This document shows, one piece after another, positions 31,840 through 44,112 of a DNA stretch of 64,000 nt. Numbering within the stretch: position 1 is the first letter of the stretch; each line of letters starts with the position of its first letter. The notes below the pieces were generated by a model. It was not told the origin of the DNA. It worked only from the letters and a program-made list of their open reading frames with translations, and made no database searches. The stretch is from Ranitomeya imitator (Eukaryota). Location of the stretch: positions 47,988,001 through 48,052,000 of the forward strand of contig NC_091285.1 in NCBI RefSeq assembly GCF_032444005.1, written 5' to 3'. The translations under genes were made by a program, and so were the position numbers.

Positions 31840-34724
31840 CCTCTGTCCTGTCCATGGAACGCCACCATCAGTGCAGAAAAAACAGTCAATTTTCACAACA
31901 GCATTTCTCCTGGTCTTGTGACCCGTGAACTTGCAGCAACTGGTATTGATGACTTAAGATTGTTGTGTATCCACAACCCCATAAGGTAAGCAAGTATTTG
32001 GCATTAATACCCCGTCACCACCGGATTAAACCCTATTGCACTTTTTTTGTTCCTTAGCTCCTTTGGTATAACTTATTATCATCGGCAAAGCAAATTTTCT
32101 ATACTTCCTGAGACACACAGTAGCAGGCTCACATCTGATCCTTACAGACTCTGGATTTCTGATCCAAGGGTTGATATCTCTATCATTCAATATACTTAAA
32201 TCATATTTGTATGATCACATTCCTGTATTGAATTTGCTGTGTTTCTCTAAAAACATTGATTCTGCATTTTATCTTAAAGAGCGTAAATCTCGAAGTTGAT
32301 GATAAAAGTCATCATACATTCAACAATTTCCTGTCGCTATGAAGCAAACTGCATCGCAGTTTAAGCACAAAATAGATGAAAAAGAAGTCAAAGCATGTGT
32401 CCTTGTAAGCACATCAGATCTCCGGCATAAATAGAATGCCAGCAAACACCAATAGGAAGATCCCGAAGGACAGGAAAGACACTATCAAACTAATTAATGT
32501 TAGTGAGTGAAGTAGACTGATAGATGCAGTGTGTCGGCACGTGTCACTTTGTTAACAATGAGGGACACCACTTATCTTTGAAGCTGATGGTGGCCTCAGA
32601 ATTCAGCTACACAAGTAGAATAAAAAGGAAATAGGATATTCATGAAAATGCTGTAGAAACTCCTATGGGTCTGTGCATAATATAGAGACAGTCATCAGGG
32701 TAAGGATGGAGGAGCCAGAGGTAATTGGAATAGGCGGAAGCCTCACACAACATTGGGGTAATCAGTGGATACAAAATTCTTCCAAATGGTCAGAAGATGG
32801 TGGTGGCACTGTATATATATATATATATATAAGCAGCAGATACATGGATGGTCAAGGGTGTAACTACAGTAAATGAAGGGGTTTTGCAGTTGCACCCATG
32901 CCCTGTAGCCTTGAAGGCCTAAAAGATCCTTTTGGCACAAATGTTAAGACCAATAATATTAAAGACCCAAGAAAGACCAGCCACTACAAGTTGTAATTTA
33001 TAGGCTTTTGACTCAGGAGAGGCATATCTGAAAAGTTAGAATAATTCTACAGATAGGTTCAGCTTGACATGGCTGGTGGGCACACACAAACTGGCCAGTT
33101 TGTGCACTAATTACCGTACCTTAATTATATAAGTACAATCTCCATATTTATTGTCTGCATATATCTTGTTGCATACAGTGTGCTGCCGCTGCTGGACTCT
33201 TTGGTCTGCATATAGCATAGTCATGGCAGCTTGCACCTGTTCACAGTTGCTTCATTCTAAGGAGATACTGGTTAGTTTCTTATGTGCTTTTGCAGGTAAA
33301 TAGCATTACAATGCGGACTAGCCTCCTTACTCAAAGTGTGCCTATCGGGAGAAAATTAACATAGCTGCTGGTTTTCAGTCAAAAAGATGTACAGCAGTCA
33401 CCACTTATAACCCTGTTTATTTGACTGTCATCCTAATTTGAAGCATGTATGTGTGCAGAGTGAGCTGTCAATTAAAATGCAGGGATGTGCTTACAGCCAT
33501 CACTCACAGTGCTGTGCACATGCCCTTATGACTGAAAGCCAGCAGCTAGAAATGGAATTAAATTCTACTTGAATTTAACAAAAATCATTATTCACCAAAA
33601 TGCAGATTTTTTTTATAATGTACTTCTGCTGGTCACAATCTTTCTGAACCAAAATGGTCTATCGGAAAGTTAAAGAAAATAAAAAATTGTTCTACTCACC
33701 ACTCTGGCTCCTTTGCTCCCTGCCATTTGTTTGGTGGCATTCTGATCCCCCACTTTTCCAGATTTTGCATGTCCTGAAGCCCTAAAGAATTCTGCTCGGG
33801 AGTGACATCTTGATATCGCCGACCTCCCAGACACCTAAGCAGAACACTTTTAGTCTCCTTGGAAGTCTAAAAAAGTGTAGGAGGACTAAAGATTACAACG
33901 TTAATGTCTGGGGATCAGAAGATAGGAAAAAAGAACAGATGGAGGAGAGATGAGCGGAGGCTGAGTATAAAAATTTGTAAAAAATATTTTACGTAATACG
34001 TTTATTATGCTCTGGGGACTGGAGAGACCCTAGAACAAAATAAAGGACATTAAATTCATAAATAATGACTTCTCCGGGAATTACATTTCCCAGGAAAAAA
34101 TATGCAAACAGACGAATTCAAGTTTTGCCTGATCTGCTCATCTCTACCAGCAGCTTCTGGGAGGAAATTTGTTTGATTTCTCCCTTGTAGCCGCAGTTTC
34201 AGTAAGGCAGATAGGCAGCTTCATAATGCTATTTACCTGCAGATTGATTTTGTATCTACAGGTAAATAGCTTTTAAGTATAGAAAGTTATGAGGTGCAAC
34301 CTAAAACTCCTGCCTTGGTACTAGCAGAGTTCGTCCTGTTCCTTCAAGTCCAAAAGTTGCTATTGCCCTCTTGACTAACAGAGCACCAGCTTAGATTGGC
34401 TCTCCTTTCCCATATTGGTAACAGGAATCTATGTAGATTTTCCTTCACCACATACCTCATAATTAGAAAAAAGTTAAATTGGGGAATTGGGATATGATTT
34501 GCCAGTATATTACCCCATCTATAACAATGAAGACTAATATCTTATTATATACTTACCTTGTAAAGTCTTCACATACTGTTCCATCCAGATGTGTCCAGAT
34601 CCCAGAATTCCAAGAGGCGGAAGTTCACCGACTGCCATATTGGGACTCCCAAGTGATGAGTGTCTCAATATGGATACTGCTGGTGGTGCCAGCCTCTTGC
34701 ACGGTACCACCAGCAGAACACCGT

Positions 34725-34900
34725 CGCACCACACACACACACACACATACACTGTATATGCCGTGCGCACCACACACAAACACATACTGTATATGCTGTA
34801 CGCACCACACACACACACACTGTATATGCTGTACGCACCACACACACACCCTGTATAAGCTGTATGCACCACACACAAACACTGTATACGCCGTACGCAA
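34725..34900. repeat. ~30-bp CA-rich minisatellite
   Basis: About five units of GCACCACACACA(n)CTGTATATGC(C/T)GT(A/G)C. Confidence 0.85.
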
Positions 34901-35166
34901 CCTCTTGTGCGGTACCACCAGCGGAACACTGTCGGAACACGCCGCAGCTGGGATCAGCTGAATGATTCACTGACCACCGCCATCTTTGTACAGGAGGAGC
35001 ACATGCACAGTTTTTATGTGACCTTGGCTATTTGTCTGCACAAAGATGGTGGCGGTCTGATTTACAGTGCCTGCGCGAATTCCGAACAGGAGCAGTGAAT
35101 CATTCGGCTGATCCCGACAGCAGATGCGCTATGTGTCTACAGGTAGAGGAAGCCGGTCACAATTAA

Positions 35167-35497
35167 AGGGGTTTTTCCAAGAATGAAAGTTCATTTTAAA
35201 AATTGACTGTGTCTGACCCTGTACGGAGAATACCACATCTCCTGGGCAGGGGAGGAAGCATAAAACAATACTGACATTACAGCAGGGGATCACAGAGGAT
35301 TTATTTTGTGAGGTAAAATATTTCACTGACTGTTTTTAAACAATATTTTACCTCATAAAATGTATCCTCTGCGATCTTCTGCTATTATGTCTGTATTGTC
35401 TTTTGCTTCCTCCCCTGCCCAAGGGCTGTGGTATGTTCTGTACACGGTTAGACACAGACAATTTTTAAAATGAACTTTTGCTCGTGGGAAAACCCAG
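35167..35497. mobile_element. Palindromic TTAA-target (T2/Kolobok-like) MITE
   Basis: TTAA on both sides; the whole element folds as an imperfect hairpin with ~160-bp arms. Confidence 0.8.
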
Positions 35498-37514
35498 TTA
35501 AAAAGCAAATATCCAAACCAACATGGCTCCTCCTAAAAAGTATGCCAATGACAATGAAAGGAAAGCAGCAAATGCACAACGTCGAAGATAACAACGGGCA
35601 AATGAGACCCTTGAAGAGCAACAGCATCACTGGGATAAAAACAATGCAGAGAGAGTGGATAGGTGGGTGAGCACATGGTGGGGAGAGATTCTCAACACTG
35701 CAAAGCCTGCCCCCATTGTGACATTACCACCCTCCCGATGCAATAGCATCGGGCCTCCATCTAGTGCTGTTATAATACTGTTTATGGATGAATAATACAC
35801 CGCAGTGAGTACATTTAGTGAAGAGACACAAACAAGTCTATTACCTCTTATCATACTAGCCAACAAAAATTGAATCAAGGCATTTTTTTTACTACAAAGG
35901 ATGTGAGGAATCTTTTAAAAACACCATGACATTTTGTTTTTTGAATAGTGGATCATGAAGATGGATGGTGCATCGTAAAGATGAATGTTGGATCATAAGG
36001 TCAACTTTGTTTTTTCTTTATATTCTACGGGATCCCCCTTATATAAATCACTGAGATTTAGAACATAAAGGGCAAGTCCTTGTATCATCATCATGATACG
36101 GTCTTGGCCATACCAGATAAAACATAAAAGAAATCTGAGTTTCAGTGTGAAACCTGAGCTAGGTAGATATTTACCAGCTAATGTCACATCAGCAGAAACC
36201 TTATACATATGTTCTTGGAGATAATCTGAGAATAGCAATCCAAAATGATTCATGTCACGTTCAGCATGTTTCATGGTAGGCATATGTCATGATTGAGATA
36301 CTGTCCATAAAATATATTTTCATCTGTTTCATCCTCTAAAACTGCTTACAAAGTAGAATTGTAAAACTTCCATCTAAGTGATGAAAACATGAAATATGAC
36401 AATCCTACTGTGCATATATATTGCAATCTTTTGGAAGTGTTTCTCTCGTATGAAGGGTTAAACAGTGAATTCCATGTAATAGTCATACAATTCAGAAAGC
36501 TATGATACGTATGGCATGCAGAAAGCTTTGTACTTACTGTCACCTACGGCAGGCATCACAGGTGTACATGCCGGGGCTGCAAAGATAGAAGATGCACCAA
36601 GATCTTGGCACCTGAAGGAAGTAAAGGCCATTGAACAAGGACGTAACTATAGTAGGTTCCCTGGAGCCTAGGGTGGCTCAAAATGTCTCTCTTGCCCATA
36701 TAAGAAGTTCAATATTATTAAACACCTGTGATAGTTGGGGACCCTGTTGGAGATTTTTCATTGGGGCCAAAGAGTTTCAAGTTAAGCCACGGCCATTGAG
36801 GCTCAGAATATTTGGCAGATTTTGGCTATTTATGCTGTGGTTCCCTTCCAAACCACATGCAAAGAAGCCTATTGTTTATTCTCTACAACGTCACCACTGG
36901 TAGCTCCAAGCCAAGTTGCCTTCTCTAAAGCAGATAGGGGACCTAAAGCACATTCTTACAACCTGTAAGAATCATCAAAATCTAAGCTAAAGTCCCCTTT
37001 TCTTCTTCGACCATTGTTTTACGCTAGATTTGGCCCTTCATGACATGGTGATTTTCCATTTTTTTAATTTTTCCTCGCTTTCTTCAAAGAGCCAAAAATA
37101 TTATATTTTTCGGTCAATATAGCCGCATGTGAGCTTGTTTTTTGCTTGATGAGTTGTACTTTTGAATGATAACATTTATTCTACCCCATTGTGTACTGGA
37201 AAACAGGAAAAAAAATTCAAGTGAATTGAAGTTATGAAAAAAAGTGCAATTCCCCAATTGCTTTTTTTTTTTAAATGTATTTACCATTTTCACTATATGG
37301 TAAAATTGACCTGGCAATATGATTTATTACATTACTTATAAGAGAATATTACTTATTATTTTGCTTACTTTCTATATTGATAGATCGGACTTTTACAAAT
37401 GCAGTGATACCAAAAATGTTTTTTTTTTTAATTGTTGTTGTTGTTTTATTTTTAATGGGGCAAAGGGATGGTGATTTGAACTTTCGTGTTTTTTTACTTT
37501 GTCATTGTGGTGAA

Positions 37515-37523
<9 letters not shown>

Positions 37524-37568
<45 letters not shown>
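37524..37568. repeat. (TA)n microsatellite
   Basis: Direct reading. Confidence 0.95.
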
Positions 37569-37572
<4 letters not shown>

Positions 37573-37622
37573 TTGTGTGTGTAGTGACATATGTCTAGGG
37601 TTACATGTGTGACTAGTGATAA

Positions 37623-38469
37623 TGTAACATCTGTCCTGAAGGCAAGTCGCCTAGGTGTTAATAGGTACTTCCTTGGGTCTAGTAGAAATTGTGTCTCCAT
37701 ATCTCACCAGGAGGTCTAGCTATGGCCAAGAAGAAAGGAACACTTGACACCCCCTAGTGCTTGGAGGGGAGGTGCTAATTGCGGCCTGAGGTTTAGCTAT
37801 TCCTGGGAACGATCTCACACGTGTCTCCAGAGGAAAATAATATATATTCATTAGTAGACCGGCCGTGCCCAATCAAACAGACCGCAATTATGATATTAAC
37901 TTGGGGGGGCCGGTCTAGAAACCTGACCTCAGACCAAAGTTATAAATTTAGGCTGCAGACAGAGAATTGTGTTCACATGATGGGGGCAGCTTGAGAAGCT
38001 GGTGTGATCCAATCTACATTCTTCCTACCATCAGGGAGCAGAAATCAACTACCAGTTAGATAATTTCTGTAAGTTTTCTCCTGTTTATTTGACACTGTTC
38101 TGCATAAGTTGTATGTCTTTTTATTATCATATTTTTATACATTTTTCTTATTGTAAGCATTGAACCTTTTGTTATTAAAGTATAAAACTTTAACAAGTTG
38201 AACCTTGAATGTTCTAAAAGAATCCATAGCCTAAGGTGTGTTAGCCTTAGGAGTGATAGACATATTTTTATTAGTATTGTTAGTTCTGGGACTCATCGCC
38301 CGTGTATTTGATGAGTGGTGGCAGAGTGTATGAGTGGGCCTGGGTCGGTGTGTGATTTATGCTCCCATTACAGCATAGTACAGAGGTTGAATGCTGGACT
38401 GAGAGTGGGGAGATAGATTAACCCTTGCTGGCACAACTCCAAGTCTCGTGTGGGAGTGGGCATGTGACA
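37623..38469 (+). mobile_element. Probable solo LTR
   Basis: TGTAACA...TGTGACA ends, TSD GATAA/AATAA (4/5), and an ATTAAA signal at ~38175. Confidence 0.5.
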
Positions 38470-39200
38470 AATAAGTGACACCACGGAATAGGGATCTGTG
38501 ACAGTCATATTTTAAAAATCTCTTACTGTATTTAAAAGTCCCCTTAGGGAACTTAAAGCTGTAGTAGTCTGATCACTTGAGCTACACATAGTAGTTCTTC
38601 AGCACTGCTTCCTATAAAGAAAATCATGATCACCTATGAATGCTTAACATGGGCTGGTTTTCAAAGGAGTATCTAACGACAGGCATGAGGGTCATCAGCT
38701 GACCCCCAGCTGTCAGGACAACCCATCAGTACCCTGCAATCACGTCACGGGCTGAAGGGCACATGGAATGATCCCCTTCGCCATCATGTGTTAAGTACCA
38801 CTTTCTGAGATTTACAGGTCTATCCACCCATGGCTGTTAATGGCACATGATGTCTGATTAAATCAGCCATCATCTGACAATAAAGATACGGCAAGCTAGG
38901 ATATTACATTTGATGCACATGTACGTCAAATGTTGTAAGGGGTGAAAACATGTAAGAATAAATAGGTTCATGCACAATTAAAAATAACAAAACAATATTA
39001 CAAAGGGAATTTAAAAGATACATTAAATATATGTATGTAATCAAAATATAGAAAAAAATGTGTAATATCTTTTTTGTGTATAGTATCAGCGTTCTTTAAA
39101 TGCAATCTGGGGAGTTCAATTGTTGCACATTTATCCAGTTCCATGTGGGCTCATTTCTCCAATGTCTGAATAAAACTTTTATACTCCTAATTTTCATGCA

Positions 39201-39669
39201 TGAGTTGTCCATTACTTGGACAATCCATTCTGAATCCCTATGTTTTCCTGCTCTAAAATAATAACACTTATATTCACTTCTGTTGCAGGCATGGTTCAAG
39301 CAATGTTTGCACTTTGCTGTCCCAGGACTCACGTGACATGTTTATGCCATGTGATCCCTGCTGCCAATCAGCACTGGATTCAATCTCTCCTACTTTGGGC
39401 GTAATTGAAATCCAGAGGAAGTAAGAATCCAGGCACATCTCTCACTTCATTCCGCTATCTGATTCGTCAGAAGGAAGAGAGAATGAAGCCAGTGCTAATT
39501 GGCCACAGGGATCACGTGACTTAACAATATTAAGTGAGCCCGGGAAGAGCCAGGGCCAACTCTTCTGGAAAGGCGCCAGTACCAAAGGTGACTAATGATA
39601 GGTGTTATTACTTTAATGGAGGTATACATAGAGATTCAGAATGTGTTCTCCAAGTAGTGGACAAACCCT
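39201..39669. mobile_element. T2-like MITE
   Basis: TTGTCCATTACTTGGACAATCC start and AGTAGTGGACAAACCCT|TTAA end; same family as 42754-43506. Confidence 0.7.
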
Positions 39670-39698
39670 TTAATTTTATCTATATACACAAACTATTT

Positions 39699-39925
39699 GT
39701 GCTGTGGCGCGCACCTGTAATCCTAACTACTATGGGAGGCTTGGACTGTGGGATCACTTGAGCTTGTCAGTTCTGGTCCATTCTGTGCTACGTGGATCAG
39801 GGGTCTTCTCTGTTGTCAGCATCAATATAGTGACTCTGAGCCAGCTGCTTGGAGACACTGAGATGATGGAGGATTGGGTGTCCTTGGTCAAAAAAAGGAC
39901 TACCGCATGAATTTCAGAGCACTAT
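39699..39925 (+). pseudogene. RN7SL: Degenerate 7SL (SRP RNA)-derived copy
   Basis: GTGCTGTGGCGCGCACCTGTAATCCTAACTACTATGGGAGGCT...GGATCACTTGAG...AGTTCTGG...GGATCAGGGGTC...GCATCAATATAGTGAC is colinear with the vertebrate 7SL 5' half. Weaker similarity continues to ~39925. Confidence 0.8.
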
Positions 39926-40323
39926 ACAAACTATGTCAAAAGTCTTACATTCTGAAAGCACTAAAACATTTCTAAATCACCCAAATCCACTAGATTTTTA
40001 CTACCTCATTGGAGATAAGCAAGATATATGGGCAAATGCATCACTTATTGGGCTGCTTGATCACTTTTTGGTCTGCTGCAGATCATCCAGTTCTATGAAT
40101 TCTGAGCTCTGTATAGCCCCATTCACACAACTGATTGGCAGCTTTCTGTGTACAGTGTGCATAGACAGAAATCTGCACATCAGTGGTGGATAAAAGACAA
40201 TACACACATCATGAATTTAGAGGACTTCTTGGAAGAAGGTCTACTAGCCCTCTAGATGGCATTGGGGCACCAGGGAGATCCAAATGGAACAGAAGAAGAT
40301 GTTATGCAAAATGACATGAGGAT

Positions 40324-41109
40324 TGTTATGACCTGGTGGTCAGGACAATAATGGACCTGGTGGTTAAGAGCACACGGAATGACCTGATAGTTACTGATAA
40401 TAAGGACGAGCTCTGGGACGTGGGAACTCTGCTGACCGCAATCCCTAAACACACTAGAAATAGCCGTGGATTGCGCCTAACGCTCCCTATTCAACTCGGC
40501 ACAGCCTAAGAAACTAGCTAGCCCTGAAGATAGAAAAATAAAGCCTACCTTGCCTCAGAGAAATTCCCCAAAGGAAAAGGCAGCCCCCCACATATAATGA
40601 CGGTGAGTAAAGATGAAAATACAAACACAGAGATGAAATAGATCTAGCAAAGGGAGGCCCGACTTACTGAACAGACCGAGGATAGGAAAGGTTACTTTGC
40701 GGTCAGCACAAAAACCTACAAAAAGACCACGCAGAGGGCGCAAAAAGACCCTCCGCACCGACTCACGGTGCGGAGGCGCTCCCTCTGCGTCCCAGAGCTT
40801 CCAGAAAGCAAGACAACAAATTAAATAGCAAGCTGGACAGAAAAATAGCAAACCCAAGAAATACAAGCTGGAACTTAGCTTCTGATGGGAAGACAGGTCA
40901 CAAGAACGATCCAGGAGAGAACTAGACCAATACTGGAATATTGACAGGTGGCATGGAGCAAAGATCTAAGTGGAGTTAAATAGAGCAGCAGCTAACGAAT
41001 TAACCTCGTCACCTGTGAAACTCAGAAACACCCACCAGAGGAAGTCCATGGACAGAACCAGCTGAAGTACCATTCATGACCACAGGAGGGAACAACAGAA
41101 TTCACAACA
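40324..41109. mobile_element. Solo LTR, family A, copy 3
   Basis: TGTTATGA...TTCACAACA with 6-bp TSD GAGGAT/GAGGAG. Confidence 0.88.
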
Positions 41110-41408
41110 GAGGAGGAGCAAATAGTTGTCACAGGAGCTGATAAAGCAGAGTTGAGATTAGGGGCAATAGGCAGAAAATAGTTATAATCCACATAGAAGG
41201 AGAGGAGATTCGACAATGAGCTACTGGTCAAGCAGAACTGAATTGAGTCAGCAATATAGTAGAATTGAGACACCCACAGACTACAATGCAGAGCTGCCAG
41301 CAGGAAGACATTGTTAACTCAGCAATACAACAGAAGTAAGTTTGTTACAAGGTGGAAGACAGAAATAGTCAATGGCATATTTATCTCGTGATGTAATAAA
41401 GCTAGGTT

Positions 41409-42557
41409 TGTGAAAGGGTCCTAGCAAGAACTGGTCAGCGGTATAACAGTTACTCAGCGACCTGGGTTTGTCTCAGATATCAAGGTAGAACTAGTCAGTA
41501 ATAGGGTACACTAACCAGTGATGTAGAAGTGCTGAGTTTGTTATTAGTGTAATGAGGAAAACCAGGCTACAAGTACCTGTTTTGAGCAGGGTCCAGAACT
41601 GCTGAGGCTACATCCCCTGTTTCCTGGGGGAAGGAATAAGGGATTGGACAGGCCCCATAACCCTGGAAGACAGGGCATGTGCAGAGAGGGCTCTGACTTG
41701 GAAGCTGGGGGTGCTGTGCGCACATTGTCAGCAGTTTCCCGCCAGCCGTGAGAGAGGCAAGTTGTGTGGGCAGAGGGCTCTGATGGGTGCACAGCCGGGC
41801 CGCAACAACTCGCGGCCGATCCAATTCCAGGATGCTGCCGGAGCCCACCAAAGTAACAGGGAAAGAGCTGAGAGCCCTGTTCAGCTAAGTGCCACATGCC
41901 AGTGTAAGAGCCAGGGCAGAGTTCAGGACTGTTCGCTGCTGCCCTTGTTGTCGGACCGTGATCTTCGGTAACCCGTCAAAGAAGCAGCACGCCAGTGGTT
42001 GTCGGCGCTTCAGTCTTGGCAGGAACAGGCAGCGTGCAGCATAGAGAGAAAAGTGCAGCTCGTCGGTAGCTGGCAGAGATCGAGGTGCCGTGTGCTTCGT
42101 GACCGTGAGTACAGCGCATGTGCCACAAGGAGAGAACCGAGTACTGGATAGACTTTTGTAACCCACCTTGCCAGCATATATTTTTCCTGCACACGGGAGA
42201 CCCTGATTGTGCTGTGGCCTTGTTTGCTCCGCCGCATATGTTCATGGACTTGAGGCTCAGTAGAGATCGATCGCTGAAGACTGACCACCGTTACAAGTTG
42301 AACCTTCTTGTACCAGCCGTTGTTGGAGCTATTGACTTTCTAGCAGAACTCGCAGTCTGAGGAATTACTGCCACGTTAATTGATCTAGGAACTGCCATTA
42401 CCTGATTAATTGTCCCTCAACTTTGCATATCCTTTTGCAATTATACTTTTTATCCCCGTTTAACCCATTGCCTCCCCGTTGAGTATTCACCTGTTATTAA
42501 ACTTGTTAACCCTTGCTATGCCTCCAGTCCGTCACTGCATCCCGTTACCTGCTCACA
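41409..42557 (+). mobile_element. LTR-like remnant, boundaries uncertain
   Basis: GC-richer block with TG start candidates (41409, 41548), ATTAAA at ~42497, and ...GCTCACA end. No clear TSD. Confidence 0.4.
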
Positions 42558-42753
42558 AGAGTTACATGGAGACCTAGCACAGGGAAGCAGTTCATGGTAG
42601 TGGCAAGGATAACAACTACCTGAATACTCAGATTTCATACTGCCATTTTTTTCCTGCTGTTTTTCTTTTTATTGCATCTGTAAATTCTTAAATAAGTCAA
42701 TAACTGGACATTGCAGTTCCCCTTTTTTATGGATATGGATAAGGGTGGCTTAA

Positions 42754-43506
42754 AGGGGTTGTCCACTGCTTGGACAATCCATCTCAATCAGCATGCTTGC
42801 CCTCAGTAAAATAATAACACTTACGTATACTCACTTCTGGTGCCAGCGCTGCTTCAGCATTTCCAGAACTCACACTCCTGGGGCTAGCATCAAATTATGT
42901 CACGTGAACCCTGCGCTCAGTCAGTGCTGGCTTTGCGCTCTCTGCCTTTGGACATATCAGGAAGTGAGCAGTCAGCCGCAGCTGTCACCTACTCTCGATG
43001 TCTGATTCGTCCGAAGGAGGTGAGAGTGAAGCTAGCACTGATTGGGTGCAGAGATATGACAATGTGACGTGAGCCCTGGGAGAGTGAGTGCCAACACCGC
43101 TGGAACAGTCTTATATTTTACTGGAGGTAAGGCTGGGTTCACACTGCGTTGTGTGAACTCGTTTAACGGACTACGTTACACCGCGGTATAACGTAGTCCG
43201 TTAACGCCGCCAATTACTTTCAATGGCAGACACATTGCTAGCGCACGCCCACAATGGGCGTGCGCTAGCGATGTGCTGTCATTGAGTGACGGACCCGAGA
43301 CGCGGGCTGCAGCGTTTCCGGGTCCTTCACTGCTAGCGCAGATGGGGCTAGCAGATGCTCCATCTGCGCTAGGGCAGTGCCAAAGTCGGCACTTGCGTTA
43401 GTGCAATCCGTTTAATGGATTTATTGAACGGACTGCACAACGCAAGTGTGCACCTAGCCTAAACATGCTAATTGAGATGGGATTGTCTCAGTAGTGGATG
43501 ACCCTT
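42754..43506. mobile_element. T2-like MITE with nested MITE
   Basis: TTAA|AGGGGTTGTCCACT...AGTGGATGACCCTT|TCAA. Confidence 0.75.
43131..43459. mobile_element. PIF/Harbinger-like MITE
   Basis: TAA TSD and TIR GGCT(G/A)GGT(T/G)CACACT. Confidence 0.8.
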
Positions 43507-43608
43507 TCAACACATTCATCATTCAAAGCCTCATACATTCCAATGAGACTTTTGAGTGGAAGACAGGGGATTTGGACTGTGAAAGTTGGACTTATGAAAC
43601 TATCTTAA

Positions 43609-44112
43609 GGCTAAGTTCACACTAGGCCTTTTTTCAGTGTTGTTTTGCAACAAAACCTGATCTGTTGGCAGGAAAGCAGCTGCAGAAAAGGCATGCTTTC
43701 CTTGTTTTTTTCTTGTCTCATTTTTGATGCGTTTTTGCAGCGGTTTTGGCATGCTAGATTTCTCTCGTGTGCATGCTGGTAAAGTTTAGTGTTGAAAAAA
43801 AGTCCTACTCCATAGAATCAGGTTTTGGCACAAAAAAACACAGCAAAACACAATACCTGTGTTTTTATGCGTTTTTTTCCCCACCCATTTGGGTCACTGG
43901 GTGAAAAACGCTGAAAAAGCAGTGAAAGAAGTGACATGCTCTATGTCCAAAAAACCATGCAAAGCACAAAATACGGATGACAAAAAAGCCAAGCAGTGTG
44001 CATGAGATTTCTGAAATCTCATAGGCTTTGATGGTACTGTAAAAAGCAGCTGAAAATTAGCATTAAAAACGCACCAAAAAATGCAGCAAAAGCGCCTAGT
44101 GTGAACTTAGCT
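43609..44112. mobile_element. PIF/Harbinger-like MITE
   Basis: TIR (G/A)GCTAAGTTCACACTAGG with TAA/TTA flanks. Confidence 0.75.

Larger units (their letters stand above)
36990..38940. mobile_element. Fragments of a large non-autonomous DNA-transposon family (also ~44930-45330 and ~45790-47830)
   Basis: Shared blocks GATTTGAACTTT(C/T)GTGTTT and CCCTTAGG(G/A)(A/G)ACTT recur at ~37.47/38.54, 45.20/45.27 and 47.23/47.29 kb. Copies are split by younger insertions. Confidence 0.55.

Noticed and set aside
17164-36576. Minus-strand exon chain from AG..GT open segments at 36538-36576, 26619-26703 and 17164-17242
   Set aside because: Phases (1-1, 2-0, 2-0) do not join, the peptides are unrecognised, and such segments are expected by chance in 64 kb.
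37377-37700. YIYIYI-containing ORFs (also ~48974-49186)
   Set aside because: Translations of (TA)n microsatellites.
39699-39925. Primate Alu or human contamination
   Set aside because: It retains 7SL S-domain sequence (CATCAATATAGTGAC) that Alu lacks, has no dimer or poly(A), and is heavily diverged.
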